Source: Obrimoposthia wandeli
Lineage: Eukaryota
NCBI GenBank assembly: GCA_977020255.1
Contig: CDROCS010000463.1
Coordinates: forward strand, 372,001 to 436,000
DNA: 64,000 bases
Direction: 5' to 3'
Part shown: positions 22,923 through 34,348 of the stretch, in pieces
How the letters are laid out: each line of letters opens with the position of its first letter
Position numbering within the stretch: the first letter of the stretch is position 1
Position numbers and translations under genes: made by a program
The notes under the pieces: generated by a model
The model's input: only the letters and a program-made list of their open reading frames with translations
What the model was told of the DNA's origin: nothing
Databases searched by the model: none

Positions 22923-25900
22923 CTTGTATATAATGAAATTTAAACGTGAAGTAACACAGTTGTATCGTGTTTCATTGTAAGATGTCAGAACCTATACCGA
23001 CGGACTGGAATACATTACCCGACGACCATTTTAGGAAAGGAGAAAGTACCTTTAAGTACGATTTTGTTAATGCCAAGATAGCAAGTTTCTCTCTCAACAT
23101 CAGGAAACAAGACCAAAATTGCAATGAGATAACGTCCTTGTTAAACAAGATACTGGAAGCCAGTACCATGCCTACTGCATGAAGAACCTTCAGGATCAAG
23201 TTTATTCCAAAATCCAGAAACGATTCTTATGGCGACATTTCTGCGTGTAGATCAATTGCGGTTATGAGTTGTCTTTATAAAGTACTGGCAAGTGTTATTG
23301 CTTCTGATCTACGGAACTGGCCATGGAAAGAAAAACTTCTGCATCCATCTCAAAAGAGCATCGGCATGTTTGAGGGCTGTTTTAAACACAATACATTACT
23401 CTATCTCGTCTCCAATAAGTGTCACAGAAACAAAAAATCCTGACATGTTACATTCCTAGATATCGCTGATGCCTATGGATCAGTGCCCATAGACTTCATC
23501 GTGGGAATGATGTTGAAGGTTAACATTTCTGAGAATATGTATAAACTTGTACACAATATCTACGAGGAGAACAAAACCGACATACAATGTGGAGAAATTA
23601 AGATTAAAGATATACCCATTAAGAAGGATGTACGCCAAGGTTGTCCATTGTCGATGATTATATTTAATTTCTGTATTAATCCCGTCATTGAGGCAGTAAA
23701 CAAAGTATCCAACGCTGGGTTCAAGCTTGGTTCTACACATTTTGCTACCCTAGCATATGCAGATGATCTTGTCTTACTCGCTGAGGACAAATCAAGAAAA
23801 AATCAAGGAGATCTTACTCGATGGAGACCCTATACCTGCAGTAACGGAAGATAGTGTCTACAGATACATAGGTATGAACAGGAATGCAGATTCAAAACAC
23901 AAATGCGAGAATCTATTTGAGGGGAATCTTGACATGATAACGAAGATCATGAACAGTATACTGATTATATTTAATATCTGTATTAATCCCGTCATTGAGG
24001 CAGTAAACAAAGTATCCAACGCTGGGTTCAAGCTTGGTTCTACACATTTTGCTACCCTAGCATATGCAGATGATCTTGCCTTACTCGCTGAGGACAAATC
24101 TGTACTGAAGATGATGGTGGATACTGCAGCAGATACTGCAGCCAGGATTCAATTGAGATTCAGACCTAGCAAATGTTGAATACTCACAAGGTATACTGAG
24201 GGGCAGCAATAGTAGAGATGCAAAGAAAGAAATCAATGAGATCTTACTCGATGGAGACCCTATACCTGCAGTAACGGAAGATAGTGTCTACAGATACATA
24301 GGTATGAACAGGAATGCAGATTCAAAACATAAATGCGAGGATCTATTTGAGGGGAATCTTGACATGACAACGAAGATCATGAACAGTAGACTGTATCCTC
24401 AACAGAAAATCTCGGCGTACAAAAGCTTTGTACATTCCAAGTTTGTATTCAGTTTCAGGCAAAACAACATATCCTACGACAGATTCACCAATGTTAGATG
24501 TACTAAAGGAGTAACAAAATACGCTTATGACTGGCAAGTAAAGAAACAACTCCGAAGAATTGCAGGATGACGGAGGATTCGATATCCCAAGTATCACGGA
24601 AGAGTATAATATACAGGTCATAATTAAGGTCTTCAAAATGACGAATGCAGACCGTGGGGGATTACAACAATCATTTAGACTTGAACTAATCTCCTTAGTA
24701 AGTAAACGAATCCCAGAAAGCAGATACTTTTGGAATTGCCTGGCCCAAGCCGTAAATGAAAAACCCATTCAAGCAACGGACAGAAATTAGTGGGCAAGGT
24801 ATACTGAGGCTTACAAGAAAATCAAGAAGGAGTTGAATCTCGAAATTATAATCTACAGAGGGGCTACAGATGGTGAAAATTATGAAGTAGTAATTTGCAT
24901 TAAGGGTAATGTTAATACCGTACTCACAAGCGACGATAACAAAGGAATTAGTGCTAATTTCCACAAACAGATCGCAATTGCTAGGACTGAGCATCTAAGG
25001 ATTAATGATAAACCTGGATCAGTGATTTGTGGAAATGCTAATCTGATACGGACATTAACAGGTTTATCCTCACTCATAAAGCATGGTACTTTATACAAAA
25101 AGCCCAAAAAGAACGCTTGGGGGTTAAAGCGCTATATAGTTAGCGTGAAGTTAACTGTTACCGATATGGGTGTAAAAGAAACAACAAACCATCTCCCGAG
25201 ACGGTATCCCGAGACTTGCCCTAAATGACGGAGATACTATTGCCATGGAAGAAACTACTATGATAATGGATGACAGAGACAATATTCAGCGAGCAAGACC
25301 AGATATTACGGTAAAAGGTAGAACCTACATCCACTATGTGGAAATTAAAGTTCCCTTTGACAGTAATATGAGTCAAAATAATAGTTACAACAAAGCAATG
25401 GACAAATATCAGAATCTAGTCGAGACTACGCGAAAAGATAATAGTTAAAAAATGGTAGAACTCTATGTCATTAAAGTAGGGATTCTCGGGTTCTGGAATA
25501 CTGACAACCAACTTGTCCAGGCTTACAAATATTCAGCTGCAGAAAGAAAGAAGATTAACCTGATCGAGTAGATGCTCTGGCTGCCAACAAGTTGGAGGGG
25601 ATTGAAAAGTGGATGTATGTATTATGAAAATAAATTACTTAATTAAAATTTCTGGACAATAATTTTTGGAAGAAATTGAAATACCAGATAATATAATATT
25701 TACTTTTCCAATACTCTGGAAATAATCAGAAAATGCAGTCACAACCTGGAAACCACCAAGCAATGTCGCACAAACAATCTCCCAGGAGATTCATCGGTCC
25801 TACATGAAGTAGAAGACACCTTACGGTGTATTGCTAAAAGGAATTTAATTCCCTGCATGTGTTTACTATGAATATAGCTTTCTAATATAATATTATATTG

Positions 25901-25967
25901 TATTATTTCCCTTGTATATAATGAAATTTCAACGTGAAGTAACGGAGTTATATCGTATTTCGTTGTA
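22923..25967 (+). mobile_element. Decayed, 5'-truncated non-LTR retrotransposon with a restriction-like endonuclease (R2/R4/NeSL group)
   Basis: RT motifs FLDIADAYGSVP, VRQGCPLSMIIFN and LAYADDL. C-terminal RPDITV..YVEIKVPFD..KYQNL..VGILGFW. Many stops and frameshifts. 57-bp direct repeats at both ends. Confidence 0.85.
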
Positions 25968-26831
25968 TTATAAACTAAAAATTAAAGCCAATAGTACAAA
26001 TTCGCGGTGATCGTACAAGATTTAGGGGCATCACACATTGAAAACTTCACAAGTATTAATCTTAACAGAACATGTATATAGGATTAAGGGGGATACATGT
26101 ATGTACTGTATAAACACGGCTATCTTCATTTTCGAGACAGCTTGGTTTGGTTCGTAACAAAGACGCAGAGACTTGTGACAGCGCCCAAACGAAGGAAGAC
26201 CTTGCCATCAACTATTTTGAGCTTCTTCTATGAGTCTGATAGGCGCTGAATACCCGAATCTTCTCTAATGCTTCCACTCAATCATTGAATGAAGCGAGGG
26301 TCACCAGCTCTTCGGAAATGTAGTTAAGGTAGCGAATGATAGCATTGCTGACTGGTTTCTATAAATTCCTTTGAGAGTACACTCACATGCCACAAATAAA
26401 GTCCAATTCATTCTCCGGAGCAAAATAGGAAATCATCGAAATAGTCAGTCCTTGATGTCTTTTTTCTATGGTAGGCTAGGGACTTATTGAACGTACCACG
26501 TAAATGAAACTCACAAAGATGGCCACCTCGTAAATACCCTAGGCTTGTTAGGGTGTCAACTCCAATTGGTCCTTGAAAAAGACCGCATTGGAAAGAGCAA
26601 CAGGTGGAATAATTTAACGAAACCCTCGATGACATTACGAAAAATGGAACCAAAATATAAGCGACCATCATGAAGTGTAGTTCAAAGGGTGTTTAAGGTT
26701 TAAAAAGGAAAAACCAGCAATTCTGATTTGATGGACTTGCCGAAAGGTTTCCCAAACCTTGCACACTTCGTAGCAATTCTCGATCATGGCACGAAAATGT
26801 AAAAAGAAGAGGATAAAGAAAAGGGACTCAC

Positions 26832-27041
26832 TGGCACTGAGGAGGTGGTGTGACCCGGACTTGTGCTCGAGGGCCAGGCCTGTGACTGCCCCGAGGTGAG
26901 CAGCGAGCGAGGACACTAGCTGACCGGACACCAGGTCAAACAGACGGATATGTCGGTCTTCGTGGCCACTGATCACAAGACCTCGTCCCGGGTGCTCAAT
27001 CAGCTGGTGAATGTGGCTGCCCATCGACTGGCCACTGTCAT
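26832..27041 (-). CDS. STRN: Striatin exon 8 (WD40)
   Basis: HEDRHIRLFD...AHLGAVTGLA. AG and GTGAGT boundaries, phase 1/1. Confidence 0.93.
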
Positions 27042-27829
27042 CTGACGTGTGATAATTGTTATCAGTGTGTACATTTAAGAAAAATCCGATTTAGTAAGTA
27101 ATCAATAATTATATCGATTCAAATTGTTGAGTTAATTAACAACAATTATTATAATATACAATGTGAGAAAATAATTTGTCTTGTTTTCATTTTGAAATCT
27201 TTATGAAATCAAGGTTTGAGGAAAGAGGTAATCGGCATCATGCAATTCTTGGACATAAATTATCCACAAAATAACAAAGATTGTTCAAATAATCTAAACA
27301 TTCTTTACAAAGAATTATTCTAAACAGGGTTGGCCAACCATTTTGTTATCAATGGTGGCACTTATATTTTCAACTTTCTCTGGTTTACTTTAAAAATACA
27401 AATATTTAATACACACAGACACGGAGAACCGATTTAGTAACTTATCTGGCCTTAACGACTAATGTTCTCTTTCCCCTAAAAGTGATTAAACCGAAGAAAC
27501 AAATGAAATTAACCATTCAATGCCATCTAATAAAAAGACCCTAGTGTATCTAAACAGTTTTGAAATATGCCTTGGAAATGATGGTTCATTACAATTAGAC
27601 ACCATAGATAAATTGAGGTTTATCATCTTTAAAGAAAGATAAGAAAGAAAAATAACTATGAATGATTATTTTATCCGGTTATAAGTGATAAATAAATTGG
27701 TATTTAAATTAATTACTCAGTAAATTTGCTACTTTTTTGTTAAAGATTTTCTAGAATGTGCAGATTGTTTTTAAACAGAAAAATATTGAAAAAAAAGATT
27801 GGTCCTATAATTTCGTTTATAATACGCAC

Positions 27830-28755
27830 CCCTGCTAATGCACATCTTAAGAATTTCCTTACGTTAGAAAACCTTGTAAGCTGCACACTGAAATTTTATT
27901 AAATTATGACATCACACCAGACAATTTGGCGAGAGAAAGAAGCGTTATGAACATATATTGGAGAAAGAAAAGTAGCAAAGTAGTAAAAAGGGTTGATAGG
28001 AAAACTAATTGATAATTTTGACGGAGTTACAATGAGTTTGGATATGCCAAGTAATTAAACACTTAATGTCAAAGACAAAGAAGAAATTAAAATTTCCATG
28101 ACGGATTCTGAAAGATCCAATTTTACAGATGTTCTTTGTGTGACAACAAATGGTGGAATGTTGCCTCCGATGATTATTTTCAAAAGGAAGACTATACCCA
28201 AAGAAAAAATTCCTCAAGGAATTATCGTGGTTATTAAGAAGGGATAAATGACCAAAGAGATATAACAATAACGTTTGACGGAACGAATAAACAATAGTGC
28301 AAAAATGCATTCCTCTATTGCACTCATACATGTAGGCTTTACCGAGATATTAGAGTCATTAGACATATGCCAACAAAGGTTTCAAGATCAACATTCGAAT
28401 CGAGTGGGGAAATGGATGTTAAATTGCTTTCATTCGTTCGCTAAAAGAGGATAGTTTCATAAAGCAAAATTGTCAACAGTCTGTGAATGGATTGTTGATG
28501 AATAGAAAGATGGCGTTTTTTTAATGGCTTTAAAAGGGCTAAAAGCATTGATAGCCCAATCAAACAATGATAAAGACGACGATATCAACTGCATTTTTAG
28601 AAGTACTGGAGTAGTTCAAATTATGCGATTAAGCAGATGCCTTTTGACTTTTCGATCTATAACGCACATTGTGTATTATTAATAAAACTTTGTTTATTGT
28701 ATCGTTTTCTTATTACAATGCGCGCAATAAAGTCGGAAATTAATTACTTTTAACT
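27830..28755 (+). pseudogene. pogo/Tigger-family DDE transposase remnant
   Basis: NFDGVTMSLDMPSN*TLNVK..NFTDVLCVTTNGGMLPPMIIFKRKTIPKEKIPQG matches the pogo DDE_1 pattern. Boundaries approximate. Confidence 0.8.
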
Positions 28756-29121
28756 CACGCAATAAGTTAATACCTTTTAGTATGAAAAATTTAAGTAAGT
28801 GTAAAACAGGTTCAATTGTAATTACTTTGTCAAGAAATACCTTAAAAATAACAAATTGTAGTTGATTCAAAAAAAACTGTATGCAGATGTTAGTGATCAA
28901 AATAAGGAACGTCGAGATAATGAATTACTATAAAAAATCTTTAAGTAATAAACATATATTTCAAACACTTATAAAATTTTTAAAAAATCACGTTTATCAC
29001 TCGAATGAAAATAATTTTAAAATCGCAACAAAACTAATGTCTTTTTGTAAAATAATTCCGAGTAATAATTAGAAACAAAAATATTTATTAGATAACTCTT
29101 AGCAAAACAGCGAACCAGTTC

Positions 29122-29739
29122 TTATTGATTCATTCTCAATGTTTTCTCTAGTTCACGACCGAAGATTTCTACAGTATTCTGTTTTATCTTCAGCCGCCGA
29201 CAGTAGACATGATATTCCTTTTGCAGCTCTGTTGATAAATCAAAATACGTCGTCAACTTCTTCAGATCTGAGCTATACTTTTTCTTCAATTTTTCCACCT
29301 TCGTCCGACGCTTCTTAACACTATAACTGAAATCCTGGCGTTTCTGTTTTTCTTTCTCAAAATTTTCCAGAAGTCTGGCACACTCTTGTCCATTCCCTTT
29401 GCGCATGGCACGCTCAAATTGATTCAGCAGCAGTCTCACATCGACTTCTAAGTCCATGAGTCGGTTCTCCATCATCTCGAGATCCTTCTCGGCGCTGTAG
29501 TACTTATGGTAATTACTGATTGACTTCGGATACAAATCCTCCCACTGGAGAAGCTCGTGCTCTATCGTCCGGATGTTGGACTTGTACTCGTCCCTCAATT
29601 GTAACACCTCAAACTCCAACTGGCGCAGCTGCACTGCCGACTGGCTATCTTCGTAGACTAATACCGACAACGACCGCAACGAGGTCTCGATTTCTGACCT
29701 CAGTTGTGTCGAAAGCTGTGAATTGTTTTCCGGTAACAT
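29122..29739 (-). CDS. Intronless 205-aa coiled-coil protein of unknown function, nested in a striatin intron
   Basis: Long clean ORF with GC elevated like host exons and heptad-rich E/K/R/L composition. TATAAAA at 29774-29780 (minus strand), about 35 nt before the ATG. Confidence 0.7.
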   Translation of the reverse strand: MLPENNSQLSTQLRSEIETSLRSLSVLVYEDSQSAVQLRQLEFEVLQLRDEYKSNIRTIEHELLQWEDLYPKSISNYHKYYSAEKDLEMMENRLMDLEVDVRLLLNQFERAMRKGNGQECARLLENFEKEKQKRQDFSYSVKKRRTKVEKLKKKYSSDLKKLTTYFDLSTELQKEYHVYCRRLKIKQNTVEIFGRELEKTLRMNQ

Positions 29740-31073
29740 TTGATAATCTAAGACTCAGTCGTGCTTGCACTGGTTTTATAATATCATCATTACATAACAA
29801 GAAAGCTCTTGTTACAGTTAAAATATACAGTTTCCTACAAAAGACTTACGCAATTGGAAAGTGAGTTCATTTTATTGATTTTGTATTGTACATTTTCGAT
29901 TATCAAAATTTCCAAACTTAGATTTTACTTTTTCAACATCGGAATTGTAATATTTTTTCCTGATAATGAATGAAAATAATAATAATTGAATTTAATATTA
30001 GTAAAAACAATTTGTTTCGTTTTATTCAAAAAAAATGGTTAAAATATTCAGTATTATGAAAATGTAAAGTTTAAGTTTTGAAGTTCAAATAAAAATCACA
30101 GACTTTCAAAGTTATGATTTTCGCTGTAATACGACTCCAACAACGTAGTTTTATTGAAAGAACATTGATACAGTTCAAACAATAAAAACTTTGTGAATAA
30201 AGAATATTTATAGAAAGAAAATTCAGAATTATTTTAAATGAGACAACAAATTGTTAAAAATCCCTATTTATATAGAAAAAAAGAGTCAATTTGACAATGA
30301 TTTCTGTTAAAGCTTTTAAATGTCAGGTTTTCTTACCTACAAATTTTATTTGAACTACAAGAAATGGTTTCTTATGATATGAAGGTCACTGTAACCTTTC
30401 AGAAAAATTAATATAACTAACCTTAAGAAATATAAATTGTTTTATTGAAAAAAAATATTTGATTTAACTTTAATTATATCAAAAAATAGAAATAAACATT
30501 CATCAGTTTTTTTCGACAGAAATTTTAAGCAGAAATTGAAATTTTTGTTAGATATCAAATTTATAAATTTTAAGAATTATTTTATTTTTAGAATTAAAAT
30601 AATTAAATAAGAGAAGAGGATTAAAACTGTTCAATCCTCTTCAGTTAAGTTATCACTTTGAAATATTTTAAACATATTTTGTAACAAAGAATAGTCCCAA
30701 TTTTATTACAATCCTTAACTTTCCACAATATTCCTCAATCATCTATAATTCCAATTTGTGAGGTATATACAACAAAAAAAAAGTATGTATATTTATATAT
30801 GACGTATATATGTCAAAACCGGATTTAAGAGTGGGCAAGCGCCCAGAGGCTTTTACATATTTAAAAAACAGTTTGGTACTTTTATTCTAAACTGAAATAA
30901 TGTGAGAATTCAGTACTTCTATTATATTTCCTTTGTTTAAATTAACGATATGTAAGTGTACAAAAAGATATTCCTAGGTATAGAAAAAAATAATATATGT
31001 AAACACAAGAGGCATATCGATTTTATTTTGTACAATAATAGAAGTAAAAAGAGAAAATATATTCAATTAACAG

Positions 31074-34000
31074 CAGTGGCGTACCTAGTGTTTGTGCCGC
31101 CCAGGGCCGTCGTAGAAGTTGACATTTATCCATTTCGTAAAATTGAAACTGGTCAACAAATACAAAAATACAACTGATTAAAGACGTTATTTTTCTATTA
31201 CATAAACAGCAAAAACAACAAAAGCAATAATTTTAAAGTTGATTTTCCTCAACTTTCTCTCGCAAAATCTAGGAGTACGTCATTTAAAAAAAAACGGCAA
31301 GGTCACGCTCTATTGAAAGTATCACGAGGTCAGTAAAACATGTTTGACGCACTTTGTCTTGAAGTAGCTTTTGATCAACTTTGGCTTCAAGAAAGAGCAT
31401 TCACAGCTTTTAATACTGATTCATATTGTCAGTAAACACACAGCAGTAATACAATATTTGACAATGAATCAACGAGATCATAGTTTTGAATAAATTACTG
31501 TAGTTCCAAAGGACCTCGATCCACTTTTGTTGCAGTAGCTGCAACAAAATGTTGTAGTCTCTTCCTTTCAACGAGGATTTATTCTTTGTCTATATTGTCA
31601 CCAACGTTATTTAAATGGAAGTCATATTCTTCAGGTAACAGATTTGAAGAATTAAGAAAGGTTATCTGAAAGACCACGGACTTGCTCAAATCTGGAAAAT
31701 ATTTCTTCAATCAACCTCTCTAGAACAGAGAATATTTATATCCTTAGCTCAGTTTTGTACCTTAGTGCTGTATTGCTAGATCCTTCACCATCTTTTCGTT
31801 TTTAACAATTCAATACTCAATGCTTAATCCCAGCTCAGAGCAAATACAATTGGAAAAGATTATTGCATCGTTCTGTATATTGCCACTAGTTTGAAGAACA
31901 ACTTTCAATGCTGATAGTTTCATGTCACATTTATTTAGCATCATTAATTTCAGGGAAAATTCTCCCAAGCGCAAGGAAAAACAAAAAAAGGATATGAGGA
32001 TCAATTATGCATCAGACATAGAAGCTGCATTTTCTATATCTTCTGTAAACGTTCAAGAGCATACACAACATCCGAGTATGTTTTCTGAAAACGTGTACAA
32101 CATCTTCTCGACTACTCCAACTAGTTAGTTTCCAAAATCTGTTTGATAGCTTGACCAGTTGTCACAATTCATAGAACTCAATCAGCAATCTCTTGTGGTT
32201 GTATATAAATTGATGTGCCTTGAGTAAGACGGATCTCGTTCACTCTCCATTGAATGTACGCCTCGACATACACACGACTGGAAACATGTTCTTGTATCTT
32301 CGGATTTTATTTCCGTTAGCTTCCAAAATCTACAATTGAAGCAATACTTGAATTCACTTCTGAAAACAGTCTGCACAAAATACAGAACAAATCTTCCTCG
32401 GCAGAGAAGTAAATTATCCTCGTTCTCAAGCTTATCAATTCGTTCTGCCGAGGCACAAGAAACAGTTTCTAGAAAGCTTTCTAGTTTTCCCTTCCTAGAT
32501 GTACAACTTCGTTGAATTCACTATTTTTATACTAAACAACTCGACATCCTTGATGTACAAGCATGACCCGAGTTCCGTAATCAATATTCTAAAGCCGTAG
32601 TCACACATCTTTCAAAAAACAGATTTGTCTTCACGTTCTTCAACAGTTTGACGAAAACATTCATATTTATGAACAACTTTAACAAGTTTGGTGTCATCAG
32701 CATCAGCAACTTCTCTTACAGTTTCAGCAAGAACATCACACTACCCGCAGTTTCATTTTCTTCTTCTCATGTGATGAATTTTAGTTTAATTTTATTTTAT
32801 TCCCGGAATACAGACCAGTTATCCTTCCTTCGCTTCATTCGTAGTAGGAATCGAGAAAAAAAAATCAAACTGAGACGGGTGCATTGATGGTAGTTTATAG
32901 ATGGTGATGTTGTATTTTCAGGTCAACGAATACGTGACAAGGTGTTTTCCTCTTTAGCAGACTGATCATAGTCAACCATTTTTATAAAATGAATATATTT
33001 TTAAAATATTTTCATTAATATAAATTCTTCTAGTTTTATAAAAATCATATCTGTTGTGTTTCTGTGATTTCGGACTTATTATTTATGTTCGGACACACCA
33101 GCGTTTATAATTATATAATTTATCAAGCATTTTTTAAAAATTTCATATACCTTCAGTTATATGTATAATTTTAAGATAGTATATGTATACATTTTAGCTT
33201 TGCTTTAAAAATAATTTATAATCTGTAGAATAAAAATTTATATGAATGAATAACATTATTTTAATCAAAGATAAACGCAAGTATTTTGAAGAAGATTTCA
33301 TAGATTCTTTTTTTAATTTACTGGCCGCATCTTGTGTATGGACTCATGTGGAGGACTCACAGAGTAAATGTAGAGCGGCGTTGAAATCATAAAATCTGTT
33401 CCGTGAAATGAATGACTTTTTGTGGTCCAAGAAAAATACAAGAAGTAATCTTATTTCTATTACATACAGTAATAATTTTAAAGTTGAATTTCTTTACTCC
33501 ATCAATTGCATTTTTGGCAAGGTCACGTTCTATTGAAAGTATTGTAGGGTCAGTTAACCTTAACATGAGATATCTTTTGATCAACTTTAGTTTCAAAGAG
33601 CGCTCTTAGATCGCAACATAAATTACCCTTTTCAAAAACACACAGCAACACAACACTAAAATATATTTTCTCTTTGCGTGATGAATTTTAAAAAACCATC
33701 TTCATTTCTATTTTTGGAATGCAGCACCGCTTTGTTTTGCTTGCTTCATTCGTGAAAGAAATCAAAAAATATTTATCAATCCAAGACGGGTGCCTCATTG
33801 GTATCTTATAGATGGTGATTTTCCGGTCTACGAATAGTTACATTTTTGCTTCCAACACTAGCACACTACACTTCTTCACAATTCCAATTTGAGAAGAGAC
33901 ACGAGATGATAAACATAATACACAAGGTAGCAAGAATGGAGTTGATCGGCGAATTAAGGGTCTCCTGGATGCTATGTAACAGCTTTAACATACCATTCGA

Positions 34001-34348
34001 CATTAAGAAATCAATAAGATTATTTTCCGAACACCACCTTTTTGTTACTATAATTTTGATAACTTGTCAGAAGTCGGGCAGCCGCAGTTTTACTTTTAGC
34101 AACTACGTAATGACTGATCAAGATTTCAACGAAAATAATTCAAATATATTTAGATTTAATATACTGCTACTCACAGTCCAAAAGTAAGTAGAGTGACACA
34201 TCGTAAAATTTTAACGATGTATACTTTTATTTTCGAAATGCGTATCGCATTTCTACAATGCACCGTTAATTTTCACAATTCAAAAAATGCCACCCTAAGA
34301 ATGCTCCGCCCGCACATATCATACCATCCACCCCTAAGTACGCCTCTG
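31074..34348 (-). mobile_element. hAT DNA transposon, decayed and internally composite
   Basis: TIRs CAGTGGCGTACCTAG / CAGAGGCGTACTTAG (13/15 match). Perfect 8-bp TSD ATTAACAG at 31066-31073 and 34349-34356. Remnants of the hAT dimerisation domain (KLKLIKRYL..TILSIERDLA). Confidence 0.9.

Noticed and set aside
22923-22979. Spliced-leader or U2 snRNA gene as the retroelement target
   Set aside because: No resemblance to recalled flatworm SL or U2 sequences and no Sm site seen.
33387-33609. Recurrent 65-78-aa ORFs (also at 37221, 41092 and 63373) as a small gene family
   Set aside because: They are decayed hAT transposase fragments multiplied by the segmental duplication.
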